Positions 12,518 through 25,362 of a DNA stretch of 64,000 nucleotides are shown piece by piece. This DNA is from Podarcis pityusensis (Eukaryota): NCBI GenBank assembly GCA_964106645.2, contig OZ067049.1; one strand, written 5' to 3'. How positions within the stretch are numbered: position 1 is the first letter of the stretch; each line of letters begins with the position of its first letter. Both the position numbers and the translations under genes were made by a program. The notes beneath the pieces were generated by a model, which saw only the letters and a list, made by a program, of their open reading frames with translations, was not told the origin of the DNA and searched no databases.

Positions 12518-14172
12518 TCTCTTGCATCGTTAGCACACTGGTGGATGGTTGTCCTTAGAATGTAGGCTGTGTTTAGGAACAAGGAAACAAGTCTTGATTT
12601 TTCACTCTTTCGAGAGGATTGTTTATTTTGTGATGCTTTACAACTCATTTGCTTTTAAGTATGAACAAAGGAGGTGGACGGGAGACAGAGCTTCCTTGTT
12701 TTCTGGGTACATTTGGCTCACTTCTTGGCGGCCATATTGGCACCGAAGTTGCAATTCCATTGCAACCACCAGGTGTCTTGGAGCAGCGTGTAATGCCAGA
12801 AAAAAGCTTCCTACTAGCACTGAATCACTACATTTGCCTGGTTCATCCATAAAGTGTTATAAGAAGTTAAGAAGGTTTTGTATTTGACTTAAACACTGTA
12901 GTAATCTAGTCATCAGATGGCCACCTATAATTTGTTTTTCTCCTTCAAATGTGCCAAATGTAGCAGATGGATTATGTTTATAAACCCAAAATGTATGAGG
13001 AGAAAACTTCAGTCGTACTGCAAACGTTGCTGGAAATGTTGGTGGGTGTTTAGGACATGAAGATTGCAAGTTTCTTGTTAATATGTTCAAATATTTCTGC
13101 CTTGAAACACTTTGAGGTTCTTATGAAGGATCAGTGATAAATAAATGGTCTAAATAAATGGCAAAGAGAAGAAGATGCTAGATTAAATGGACCAATGGCT
13201 TGATCCAGCCGTCTGTTATTATGCACACCAATAGTTCTGAAATGATGGAGATTGGAGTAATTCCTGTTTGGGTCATAATTCCTCCACCAAAAGAGTGGAA
13301 TACAATACTATTGCCCTATGCTGACCTAGGGAACAAGAGCAATTGAGGGATTCTCCCACATGAAAGGCTGCAGTTCCTTAGACAGAGTCTGTTACTTTCC
13401 TGTCCAACCCATATTTCTGATGGTACTTTCCCTCCCCATACCAGCAGAACAGTTCCAGAGGAGAAGGCAGGCAGGCAGACTCACAGAGATGTGTCACATC
13501 TGTTATAGAAGATAACTATTAAAGCCAGTTGCTTATGCTGTTCGCCTCCGGTTGAGTCAAGCAACATTTTTTGTCCACGGTGCCCTTCTTATTTTTTTGT
13601 GGGCCCAAAGGCTAGTCCATAAAACATATCATCTTAGTTCAAAGGTGGGCAGTTTATAGCTTACAGCCCAAATACTGATCACAAGCTTGCAGTGTTCTTA
13701 CGACAATGGCACCATAATTCAACATCCTGCTATCGAAAAGAAGGCAAGCCTTAGCTTTTTGCACCACCATCGAGAGAATTCGGTTCATCAGAAAATACAT
13801 GTTTCCTGAGGACTGTCTCCTATTTGATCTAAACAAGGAGGCTTTGTGTGACTTTATAATTGCTTTTATCTGCTCCTCTGTCTCCTTTGGATTGGAGGGT
13901 TTGTTTTTTTAGTTGTGACAACTGATAAATCATGTTTGCAGGAATATTTGTGAACACGTACACTGTATAGAGTTATTGTGGAATTGTTCTTGTGGAATAT
14001 ATACCTGGTGTATGTATACATGTGAGAATCATCCTCATTTATGCACTGGAGTTATTTCCTCCGCCCCCCAGTTTATCTTGTTTAGCAGGTCCTCTGCTGA
14101 ACTGCCACATGTTTTTATGTTGCCTTTCTGGAAAGTCTTTAAAAGCAGGTTCAGGAGGTACCCTCTGGTACA

Positions 14173-14455
14173 NNNNNNNNNNNNNNNNNNNNNNNNNNNN
14201 NNNNNNNNNNNNNNNNNNNNNNNNNNNNNNNNNNNNNNNNNNNNNNNNNNNNNNNNNNNNNNNNNNNNNNNNNNNNNNNNNNNNNNNNNNNNNNNNNNNN
14301 NNNNNNNNNNNNNNNNNNNNNNNNNNNNNNNNNNNNNNNNNNNNNNNNNNNNNNNNNNNNNNNNNNNNNNNNNNNNNNNNNNNNNNNNNNNNNNNNNNNN
14401 NNNNNNNNNNNNNNNNNNNNNNNNNNNNNNNNNNNNNNNNNNNNNNNNNNNNNNN
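14173..14455. other. Assembly gap (283 N)
   Basis: Run of N. Confidence 1.
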
Positions 14456-14778
14456 CAAGGGTCAGCAACCTTTTTCAGCTGTGGGCCGGTCCACTGTCCC
14501 TCAGACCATGTGGTGGGCTGGACTATATTTTGGGGAAAAAATAATGAACAAATTACTATGCCCCACAAATAACCAAGAGATGCATTTTAAATAAAAGCAT
14601 ACATTCTACTCATGTAAAAACACCAGGTAGGCCCCACAAATAACCCAGAGATGCATTTTAAATAAAAGCACACATTCTACTCATGTAAAAACATGCTGAT
14701 TCCTGGACTGTCTGTGGGCCGGATTGAGAAGGTGATTGGGCCTCATCCGACCTGTGGGCCTTAGGTTGCCTACCCCAG
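14456..14778 (+). mobile_element. hAT-like MITE with an internal 71-bp-period duplication
   Basis: Homologous to 4497-4746; gccccacaaataacc...catgtaaaaa occurs at 14560 and 14631. Confidence 0.75.
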
Positions 14779-14781
14779 AAC

Positions 14782-14785
14782 TCTA

Positions 14786-14842
<57 letters not shown>

Positions 14843-14873
14843 TATCTGTCTATCTATCATCTATCTATCTATC
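14782..14873. repeat. (TCTG)n(TCTA)n microsatellite
   Basis: Read directly from the sequence. Confidence 0.95.
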
Positions 14874-15292
14874 CAAGCCTCCCCCCCCCAAAAAAAAATC
14901 CTGGTTACGCCCATGTATCTACCTTCTTATAGTAGTTTAGTTTTCCCTCTCATCCATACTTTGTGCCAAGTACCAAAAGCACTGCTTGTGAAACAGGACA
15001 GAAGGAGCCCAGCCCAAAGTTAACCCTTAATAACCCTTTGATTTTGCAGTGCTTGGAGCTCTTGTGTTCAATGGTGGCCATGTTTCTTTCTCATTGGGAG
15101 AGCTAGAATCCACCAGCAAATAATGTTGATGTGTCTTGACTGCTTTGCGCTGCCCCCCACCCCTCAAAAAACAGTCGTGCTTATTGCTTTTGTGACTCTT
15201 GTGGCGTAGCTATAGCTAAAGACTGTTCTTCTGATAGTGCTGAATCTAATAATGTTGTTTTATTTGTGTTTGGGTTTCTTTTCTTTCTTTAG

Positions 15293-15450
15293 CAACAAGA
15301 GCAAGACCCCACAAATCTTTACATCTCAAACTTGCCCATTTCCATGGACGAACAGGAGCTGGAGAATATGCTGAAACCCTTTGGACATGTCATTTCCACC
15401 AGAATATTAAGAGATGCTAATGGCGTCAGTAGAGGAGTCGGCTTCGCCAG
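15293..15450 (+). CDS. RBMS3: RBMS3 internal coding exon (158 nt; start of RRM2; probably equivalent to human exon 5)
   Basis: Polypyrimidine tract plus AG (15291-15292) and GT donor (15451 gtgaaa). Translates [52 protein letters not shown](R), with RNP2 LYISNL and RNP1 RGVGFA. Residues LPIS, FGHV and DANGVS match RBMS3 rather than RBMS1, from recall. Missed by the ORF track. Confidence 0.96.
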
Positions 15451-15553
15451 GTGAAAACCTTGTTCTTCCTGACTTGTGTGCAGGAGTTCTTTCTCTTCTT
15501 ATTATGTGCTCTGGACTTTTTGCAAGTGCTGTCTTTGCTCTGAGATCTCTGAG

Positions 15554-15579
15554 AGGAGGAGGAGGAGGAGGAGGAGGAG
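15554..15579. repeat. (GGA)n microsatellite ~100 nt downstream of the exon donor
   Basis: Read directly from the sequence. Confidence 0.9.
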
Positions 15580-16578
15580 AGCTTTATCAGATTGTGTGGC
15601 TTTGCTTGAAAACACCGTTTATTTTATTTAGCAAAATGACAGTAAAATAATCAGGGATAATTAGATAGCAGTTCAATTTCAACACTAATAAGAATAAATG
15701 CCATTCTGTCCAAGCTCCTGTATATGATTATGCTTGATATTTCTTAATTTAACGACAGGAAAATCAGAAAGCGGGAGTGTAATCTGAACTAGATGGGGTC
15801 TGTAGCCTCCCTGTAAGGAACTTGGAAGATAGTGCTATGACTTAGAGCAATATCATGAAGTTGAATGTCTGTGTTGCTACATCTGCAAACAAAGGGAAGT
15901 CATCCAGTCCCAGCTAATCTCTTTCCCAGAAACAAAAACTGCTTATAAATATTCTACAGGAATATACAAGTATACTCTAGAGTTATGCTCCATCAAGGAA
16001 CATTAACATATTCTCCACCTTGGCTTATGTCACCACATAATTTGACAGGCATCTAGAAGACTTGCCTGAAGAGTTTAATAGGAGATGAAGTTGCTAATAC
16101 TAATGTTCAGTTTTCATTTCTTGAGCCAAGATGCTGGAAATTGATAGCGCTTTTACCTCTTTTTGCTTCTCTTTTGTGGATTGTAATAATTGATAACCAA
16201 CAGCAGAACGTGTTCTTACTATCTGAGAAATGCCAGAGAAACTAGGCACCGTGGGTTGTTTTCAGCTAATTAATACTCAGAGTAGACCTACTGAAATTAA
16301 TGAGCCCAAGTTCGTCATGTCGATTAACTTCAGTGACTCTACTTTGAGTAGGACCAGCATTGAATTCTACCCTTTATGTCTATAGTTAAGTTGGACTGTA
16401 GACTGGTGAGAATGAACATTTGATTTAAAAAATGGCTTTTCTCTCTTTTTTTGTGCTTTACTATGCACACACATAACATACTGGATCCTGGAAAGAAGTT
16501 TTAGCATCATGCACGAAAGAACAAAATAATGCTAAAATTCTAAACATGTTTATACTAGGAGTTATTATTTTGTCCCAG

Positions 16579-16706
16579 NNNNNNNNNNNNNNNNNNNNNN
16601 NNNNNNNNNNNNNNNNNNNNNNNNNNNNNNNNNNNNNNNNNNNNNNNNNNNNNNNNNNNNNNNNNNNNNNNNNNNNNNNNNNNNNNNNNNNNNNNNNNNN
16701 NNNNNN
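16579..16706. other. Assembly gap (128 N)
   Basis: Run of N. Confidence 1.
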
Positions 16707-16839
16707 AAGCTAATAAGAACCTGTCTTTTAAAAAAAGGTGCTTTGTGGGGGCAAGGCAAACCCATACGATCTCACGTTGGGTTTTGGAATATCTGGGCTG
16801 TGCAATCTGTATTAGCCTGTTTTTGATCTACCGTGAAGG

Positions 16840-16967
16840 CAGGACTTGGGTCCCCAGATGTTGTTAGACTACAACTTCCATCATCCCTGAGCTCTGGCCT
16901 TGCTAGCTAGGGGTGATGGGAGTTGTAGTTCAACAACATCTGAGGACCCACAGGTTGAGAAAGGCTG
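16840..16967. mobile_element. Palindromic MITE copy
   Basis: gggtccccagatgttgttagactacaac...gttgtagttcaacaacatctgaggaccc hairpin. Confidence 0.75.
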
Positions 16968-17899
16968 GGTTAGGTAGATGGATGGGATTCAGTTAATGAA
17001 TCTATTTGATCCCCCAAGAAAACCTTTGGCAGATGTGCTCATCTATATAATGTGTGATCTATGGCTGTTATACAGCACAGGCAGACTGGCCAAAAGTGTC
17101 TTGTAGGAAAAAAAGCACATCTGTTTTCACTAAAGATGCAAGTTTCTCAAAATGTTTGAATATAGTCTAGACACCACTTTTTTTTAAAAAAAAGTGATGA
17201 TACTTTCATTTTACGTCATCACTTTTTGCTGCTTTTCTTAAAATGCAGAAAAGAAAATCTGTTAATCAGAAGGCAGAAATGAAAAGCAAAAGAACTGTTG
17301 TCATTCACAAAAATGATTTGCGTGGAATTTGTTTTTGCTGAAAGCAAAATCACGCTGCTTTAAAGAACCCCTCGTGGCAAGGGACTTCCGATGAACAAGT
17401 AAAATGGTAGCAGCTATTTCATGCGTATCTGTGAGATGCAACATATCTTAGTCCATCATGAGCAAGGCAGGTTTCCCCTGTGCTAATAAGGTGTCATAAG
17501 TTAATAGGCATTGTGATTTCACCTTTTGTCCTTGATGCAAAAGAACGTTGCTGTGAAGAAGATGTTAAAATAACAGGGTCTGCATTCAAATGGCAAAACA
17601 GACTGAAGGATGAGGCTCTATTGCCTCCTCCCAGTGAATTCATTAACTTGCCTTATTATACATTTGCTAAGGGGAGATGCATATTTGGAACATTAACTTG
17701 CGCTTGAAAGCTTCAGGTTTTTTTTCCACAGGAATGAATTTAACAGGGACTGGGGAGGGGAGGAGATGACAAGGTGGAATATACACTTTCAGAAGCACCA
17801 AGTAACACAAACTGTGTTTCCATGAAGTATAAAGGCAGCCAACGCTGGGGGTTATTCTGGGATGTGTGCCTTGCCTGCTGTGTGGTCGAAATGCTCTTT

Positions 17900-18740
17900 G
17901 TGTACATGGAAAAATTCAAGGGCTGCCCAAGATATTTTGCTGCTTGAGATGACCTCTGTGGCCAGGACGGTTTTATACCAGCTGCAACAATTACAGGACC
18001 ACAACAGCCTGACCTCAGTGGTCCCTGCATTGATTGTCTCAAGCCTTGATTACTGTAACATGCTTTTTGTGGGGCTGCCCTTGTATTTGGTCCAGAAGCT
18101 TCAACTTGTGCAGCATGCAGTGATTGGACAGCACACACGGGCAGATTACTGCTGAGAAAGCTCACAGGTTGGCAGTTTGCTACCTGTCCAGGTTCAAGGT
18201 ACTTATGTTAATTCACAAAGACCTAAGTAGCTTAGACCCAAAGTGCCTTAGGTAAAGGTAAAGGGACCCCTGACCATTAGGTCCAGTCGTGCCCGACTCT
18301 GGGGTTGTGGCGCTCATCTCACTTTATTGGCCGAGGGAGCCGGCGTACAGCTTCCGGGTCATGTGGCCAGCATGACTAAGCCGCTTCTGGTGAACCAGAG
18401 CAGTGCACAGAAACGCTGTTTACCTTCCCGCCGGAGCGGTACCTATTTATCTACTTGCACTTTGACGTGCTTTCGAACTGCTAGGTTGGCAGGAGGAGGG
18501 ACCGAGCAACGGGAGCTCACCCCATCACGGGGATTCGAACCACCGACCTTCTGATCAGCAAGTCCTAGGCTCTGTGGTTTAACCCACAGCGCCACCCTTA
18601 AGGACCCTCTGATTCCTTATGTCTCATCTCTGTCACTGAGGTCCTCCGATGGGGCACTTCTACTGGTTCCCCATGCCCATGGGATTTGGTTGGCTTTTAC
18701 GAGGCACTGCATCCTTGGTGTGTCAGGCCCTGCCCTGCCA
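17900..18740 (+). mobile_element. Old L2 RT/3' fragment interrupted by a Sauria SINE
   Basis: VARTVLYQL...ALIVSSLDYCNMLFVGLPL..VQKLQLVQ. Confidence 0.75.
18251..18595 (-). mobile_element. Sauria SINE (Squam1)
   Basis: (ACCTTT)n tail on the minus strand and B box ggttcgaatccc. Reverse complement of 54559-54908; short cctta duplication at the flanks. Confidence 0.92.
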
Positions 18741-20396
18741 GACTCCCTGCCCGTAAATTTTGGGCAGGAAAAACCCCTCCCTTCTTTCCCATGTATTTTG
18801 AAAATTATATTGTTCAGAAGGGCTTTTGCAAGATTATTTTTCTCTTTTTGACCAATCAGTATTTATCGATGGTTTGTTGATTCTTGTAATGTTGCTTTTA
18901 GGGATGCCTTTTCCCTGATTTTATTCTAATATATTAAATACCACATTGATACATTTTTATGGAAGTGCCGATTGTAAATACATAAAGTTCACAAAGACAA
19001 AACATTGCAGAAGCAGGAGATTGAGGGCAGGGGATAGTTCTGCTACCTATTGCTCAGAGCTACTTCACAGCTTATGCAGAATAAAATTACAGCACGTAAG
19101 AGGACAAAGCTGCACATTATACTAAATCCATAGTGTGCAGCTAGGTGTGTTTTTTCTTTAATTACAAGCAGAGTTGGAGAGGGAGGAAGGGAGGGAGAGT
19201 AAGACTGCAATTGGGTTTGTTACATGTATGGAGCAGAGAGTCATAGCCCTTCTTTTCCCAGCCACAATCTGGATGAAAATCACCGTCCATTTGGCTATAA
19301 GGCTTTGAACGAAGTTTCTGTTGGCGCCAGCACACAAATCTAAGAAAGATGTATTGATTTATCCTCAATATTGATTTATGGATCACCTTCTAAACAACTG
19401 TCTCAAGCAGTATATGCTGAAGATGATTAAAAACAGTTAAAAACGCAACTCGCCGAGGGCTTTGCAAAACCGATTTGTTTGTTCCAATAAATACTTCCCT
19501 CTTCCAGCTCACTAACCTCAGAAATACCCACTTGCATACAGAATCATTATTGGGTATATGCGGACTTCTTTTTAAAGGTGCTAGGTGGAAACACAAAACA
19601 CGTGTGTAAGTACCTATTGGCTTTAAAGCCACACCATCTTCCTCCCCGCACTGGGAAGCAAGATCTCTAAGCAGTGCAAATCCCATTGAAAGATGAGAGT
19701 GCATCTTATGATCTGAAATTGTATTATAGGTGCGTCATCATGTCCTCCACTGGGAAACATATCCCTAAGCAGTAGAATCTCCATTACAGGACATGGATTC
19801 GAGTTTTTATCACTAATGTAGAAAGAGCTGTTGTTCTTGATAAATGACAGTTACGGACAACTAACTTTCATTTTCTGAAGCTGTTTCTTAATGATGGAAG
19901 TTTGCAGAAGTAGTAGGCGCTATAACTTTTATTTTGGGGGCGGGGGGCTGACGTCTTGTATCTTAAATTGACCTTCCAAAATTCACCCCCAAGTGACATT
20001 TTATAGCAGACTCATAAAGCTCTGAAAAGAGAGAGAGAGAGAAAGGGAAAAAATGAGGGAAATGCTTACAGCCATACACTCATCTCTTGCAGTGCTAGCA
20101 GGTACCAGTATAATACTTAAACTGAAAGGCAACATAAATCAATCAGTGCCTGGCTATGTTTTATGCTACCCATTTCCCTGCTCAGGAAACACTAGTAAAT
20201 GTGTTGAACATAAACTGCTTTAGAACAATATTGCTATATGGGGCACGTAGCTATGTCAAAGGTAGAAATTCAGTTTTTCCTTATTTTAATTTTTGTAAAG
20301 GCCACACCTCTGCCCAGCCAGGGGGCATACACATTTGAAAGCTTTGGCCCTATATCAAGGGTGCTTTAAGCAGCTCCTGACATATTTCTAGTCAGA

Positions 20397-20560
20397 AATA
20401 ATAATAATAATAATAATATTATAATAATAATAATAATAATAATAATAATTATTATTAATACCCCGCCCATCTGGCTGGGTTTCCCAAGCCACTCTGGGCG
20501 GCTTCCAACACAATATTAAAATACAGTAGTCCTTCAGATATTGAAAGCTTCCTTAAAATA
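20397..20560 (-). mobile_element. L2 3' tail with (AAT)n microsatellite
   Basis: ataccccgcccatctggctgggtttccc...ccactctgggcggcttcc. Confidence 0.85.
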
Positions 20561-20627
20561 TGATTGTACAGGTCATCCCTTTGAGAATAGAATGGTTGGG
20601 GGGGTGCTTCTTTTACACGCCTTATTG

Positions 20628-20755
20628 CAGGCAAAGGCAAACTCAGCCCTCCCAGATGTTTTGAGACTACAATTCCCATCATCCCTGACCACTGGTCCTG
20701 TTAGCTAGGGATGATGGGAGGTGTAGTTCCACAACATATGGAGGCCGAGTTTGCT
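20628..20755. mobile_element. Palindromic MITE copy
   Basis: gactacaattcccatcatccct...agggatgatgggaggtgtagt. Confidence 0.75.
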
Positions 20756-21764
20756 GATTGGTCTCATCATCAGGTTTTGGGTCCCCCCCCTCCTTTTTTT
20801 AACTAGGTCTCATGCATACACGTGTAGCTAGATCAGACATTTAACAATCACTGTACATTTTGTGAGGCCAAATGAATGGATCTTCTCCGTTGTTTGCTTT
20901 TAAGTATCATGGCAAGTTCTGAAGTTTTTCAAATCCCAAGAGCAATAATAAGCTAGAGGTACAGACTTGGGATTTGGATCAGGATTAAAAAACATTTTGT
21001 CAATTTATAAGGATGTTACTTATACTGTACTTTTAATGGAAAAGGAAAGGAAATTGGAATAATATATTTTGTATGGCAGTGAAGGAAAATTACACAGTTG
21101 TTCCACTAACCTATTATTTTAGGCTTCCAACGTTTTGCTAGCAACTCATTTAATCATCTCATTATTTTTGTAATACATATTTTGTCTTTTTCATTTGTGG
21201 TTTGAATTAATTGGCATAATGATCATGTACAGTTGACTTAGTTCCATAAGGTCTCTGCATGTAGTATTTATTTTTGTTATCTTTGTTCAGGCTCCCTATT
21301 ACTTTCATAATTCTTAATGACCATGTTGGGTCAATTATGGTTTCCAGCGGAACCAATATCCACAGGATATTCTGAATATATATATAATATTATCCCTAAC
21401 ACAAAGATTGTGACTGGCATTTGGCTTAAATTATCAACATGGAATGTCTAACTTTCAACACTTATGTTTTATAAGCATTATCGGTACACAAATTCACAGC
21501 GGAAACTTTCACTAAAGTAATATTTCTTTGGATGTTCCTGGTATTTTTCTCAATTTCTGTGAGCCAGAGAGGCATTGACAGTCACTTTCTTTGAAGCAGC
21601 TGCTGCTGATTATATATTTATTTTTATCCTGCCTTTTCCCTTAATGGGACTCAAGGTGGCTTGCAGACAAAATAAGAACTGCTAAAAACATGGGGAAAAC
21701 AATTAAGCACTGATAGAATTAAAACTACCTGTCTGTCTATATATGATATAGCTTGCTTTTTGAG

Positions 21765-22584
21765 TCAGGGCTAATTCCCATGAAACTTTGGGCATATCTG
21801 TGAATTGAAGCTACTGATGGTCTGCTTGTGATGAAGAGATCTCAGGAGGTTGCCTTGTTGACCATATCAAGCACATCTGCGGTCTGCTGCGTTTGGTAGG
21901 TCACCACAAGCTCGGGCAAAATAGCATTCCAAGGTGTGCCACCACCCGTAGCATTTTAAAGGAAGACACCACTGATTTGATCTGGAATCTTATGTTTGAA
22001 AAGCTTGCGCACTATCCTACAAAGCCTGTGATCTATGGTTCTTCCAGGGCCAACATCAAGTTTCAAGAGACCCTGGGCAAAGTACTGTTGTGGGACTCCC
22101 TGGAAATGAGGGCCCTCCAGCAGCAGCAGCAGCAGAGGCTGGCCCCACATGCCCATTCCCACTCCCAACTCCAGAGGCAACAGGATTACTGGGTAGTGGT
22201 ACATAGCAGTGCAGACCTTGAAGAACAGGCCCACATCATTGGACTCCCCAGCACATTCACCAGTAAAACCAAGCCCCTCCCCGGACAACTGGGAAACACT
22301 GGCCTGCGAGTGCTCCAGTTGGAGAACAGCCTTTACCAAAGGTGCCTTGGGCTTTGAAGATGCTTGAACTCAGGACGAAAGGGAGAAACGCGCTAAGAGG
22401 AAGGCACGATTGGCAAATCCACACCGTGATCAACTCCTGCCCGGAAACCAATGTCCCCACTGTGGAAGGATGTGTGAATCCAGAATTGGCCTCCACAGTT
22501 ACTTATGGACTCATTGTTAAAAACGTGTTTATGGAAGGCAATCTTACTCAGCTACGAGTGATCGCCAAAGAAGAAGAATATTAG
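21765..22584 (+). pseudogene. Decayed, intronless protein-coding retrocopy of unidentified origin
   Basis: ~0.8 kb with higher GC and coding-like composition. A 154-aa ORF (21893-22357, poly-Q) overlaps an 80-aa ORF (22342-22584) through one frameshift; in-frame stops lie upstream. No TE motif recognised. Confidence 0.65.
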
Positions 22585-22798
22585 ATGGGTGCCTTCTCTC
22601 TTGTCTTTCCAATGCCTGTTGAAGACCTTTCTTTCTCTTGTCTTTCCAGTGCCTGTTGAAGACCTCTTTCAGCAAGCCTTTTTAAGCTGAGATATTTCCC
22701 AGTCTGCATCTGGAATTGTTTTTATGACATCTTTATTGTTTTATCACTTGGACGTTTGCCGCCCTTTGTGGGATATAAATTTAATGATAAATAAATAA
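22577..22798 (+). mobile_element. L2 3' terminus with 37-bp tandem duplication and (TAAA)-type tail
   Basis: gcctgttgaagacctctttcagcaagcctttt...ggatataaatttaatgataaataaataa; unit repeated at 22597 and 22634. Confidence 0.65.
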
Positions 22799-23176
22799 TC
22801 CGCACAATGTAACAACTGTCGTGTATACATTATGGGCACACATTATAGCGATGGAATTTAAATGATGCAGGTGAGTCCAGCCACACAGGACTGACAGTTC
22901 AAGGTCAGTGCTCCAGCCAAGGCCGCCCCAACCCAACAGTAGTATTTATTTATATTTTATTTATTTATTAGATTTATAAACTGCCCTTCATAATAAGATC
23001 TCAGGGTGGTTCACAAAATATAATAGTAGTTGTAGTGGAACCATGACAGCCTAGAATCTGTGCTAATGGCAGCCCTGCATTACTGGATTCTGCCAAGCCA
23101 TTTAAATTTTCTCACAATGCAATACCCTCTATGCGAGCTCTTGTTAACACTGGGCCAATATAAATATTTTTAAAGA

Positions 23177-23207
23177 GATAGGTAGGTAGGTAGGTAGGTA
23201 GGTAGGT
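23177..23207. repeat. (AGGT)n microsatellite
   Basis: Read directly from the sequence. Confidence 0.9.
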
Positions 23208-25131
23208 CTGCAGAAGCACAGTGGTGGTCAGTACTTTTGAATACTCAGTATTCATTATATGTGTTAGACATTTTTGCTCACTGGATGGGTTTCTCGTTCA
23301 CTAATGAAATAGCTTACATATGTTAGCTTCTGTAAAATACAGCAAAAGTATATTTTAGAAGAGTATATTCTGGGAGGGAAATGTGTATATGCTTCTGCTG
23401 GGAGATATATAAGGTAGAAATATGTTTCGCAGAGTGGATGTCATACTGGTAATTCAGCAAGCCGTGTCCCATATAAAGCAATTGCAAATATATCTCTGGC
23501 ATTCAAGCGGACCCAGCGGAACGTGTGAATTTTCGTGTTGCGATCTGAAGCCAGGCTTAATGTGTCGTGGACTGCCTGCTACAACATTGTTCTAGGTGGC
23601 TCCAAAGGATTCAGGTAACGTGGAAGAAAAATGGGCCCAGTTGTAGCTATTGAGCACTGTGCTTGAAAGGAGTATGTCGCTACAGCTTTGTCTATTGTGC
23701 TTCGTTTTCAGATGGGATTTGATAATGCTAGTGTCTGTTTCAAGTGAAGTGTGTGCCAGATTACAGATAGCTAGCCCTAGCATTTGAAAGCTGTTAATTG
23801 TGGAACTTGAGAAGAAAATGAACTCATTCTTTCTGAGGTGGCTATTCAAAATCTGGGCCTCCCCACTTTTTTTTGTCATTCTAGAGCACTGTGGGCTTCA
23901 CTTTTATTTTCTTCCCACATAAAATGCACAGAGCATACAGACGCTCTTTCATTTGGCAGCCTCTCCCTTGCCTTCTTTGCTTGGGAATACTTTTGGGTTG
24001 TTAAGGATGTGCCCCCATGTATTAAAATGAAATTGTCACTGCTGTGTGGTGCAGCGTAACATGGTTTGACACTCCACGCCCGCAGCTACAGAAAACAGGC
24101 TTTTATTGCATTTATTCTTTCAGAGACAAGAGTCTCTATAGATTTGCTGCCGACGTACGCTTAGTTAAATCTGAATGAAGCCAAAGTGAACAATCTTCGG
24201 CATCAGTCGTTTTGTTCTTTGTCGAAAGGTCCATAGCCCACGTGGTTGTGGCAGCATTTAAAAAACAGGTGTACAAAAGACTGCAATGATTACAAGTCAA
24301 GAGGGACAGTTTTAGTGCCTCCTCCTGAAATAAAGTAACATGCATTTTGATACCATTAAATCATCCCCTATTCACATTTTCCAAACTGCCTCTGAAAACC
24401 GCTACAGGAGAATGCAAACCCCGTGTTGACACTCTGGAGAGCATCTTCACACTCCAGAAGAATGCATATTACCATATCGCATATTTTTGAGTTTTTGGGT
24501 CAGCCTTTGGGGGCTGTATGTTAATGCACTGTGGAAGGAAGCTGAGGCAAGCTACGTGAAAATATATTGAGTTTATAGCAGTTTTCTTGCTGGAGGCGCA
24601 GCAAGCTGGGGGCCAAAAAATCAAGTGGCAGCCAGTATTGGGAAGAGAGAGAAAATGGAAAAGGTTGATACATGTTTGCAATGTTGGAACTTTCTATACT
24701 GTCCCTTTAGCATCATTTCTTTGGGGAAATCCTACCAGATCTTCTTTCAGAGACAGATATGAGTTTTCGATTTTCACAGCTTGGTATGGCTGGTCTGCTG
24801 GGGATGGAGCTTTTAAGCAGAAATGGGCTGATAGCAGCTCCCTTTTATGAGCAGTGTGGATGAAGTATGTTTTAAGGTTAGCCAAGGCGTTTTGAGGGGA
24901 TTTAAAAACTTTTTGGGGTGTTAGAAGTATGTGACCAGGGTAGGCAACTGGAATTGATTTGAATTGATTTGTTAGTATATATTGTGTTTTTGCATACAAA
25001 GTGTAAGTTTGGAAAAGGGGACAGGGGCACCGTGAAATCAATTGGATTCACACAGAATGTTATGCAAGTTGCTTCAATACTGAGCCCAAAGCACAGAACC
25101 ATGCCTGGTTTCAGTACCAAATTTGAAAATA

Positions 25132-25362
25132 CAGTGGTACCTCTGGTTACGAACTTATTAAATTCCGGAGGTCCGTTCTTAACCTGAAACCGTTCTTAAT
25201 CTGAGGTACCACTTTAGCTAATGGGGCCTCCTGCTGCCGCCGCGTGATTTCTGTTCTCATCCTGAGGTAAAGTTCTTAACCCGAGGTACTACTTCTGGGT
25301 TAGCGGAGTCTGTAGCCCAAAGTGTTTGTAACCTGAAGTGTTTGTAACCCGAGGTACCACTG
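25132..25362. mobile_element. pogo/Tigger-type MITE
   Basis: TIR cagtggtacctc / gaggtaccactg; TA TSD; same family as 61114-61335. Confidence 0.9.

Noticed and set aside
13976-14594. ~200-aa ORFs
   Set aside because: Artefacts of reading through the N gap.
15414-15650. 78-aa ORF overlapping the exon end
   Set aside because: Wrong frame, runs into the intron, and its poly-Gly is the (GGA)n repeat.
22000-22110. Faint resemblance of the retrocopy peptide (YP.K.V.Y...LLW) to selenoprotein N
   Set aside because: Spacing and surrounding sequence do not match; probably coincidental, so no gene symbol is given.
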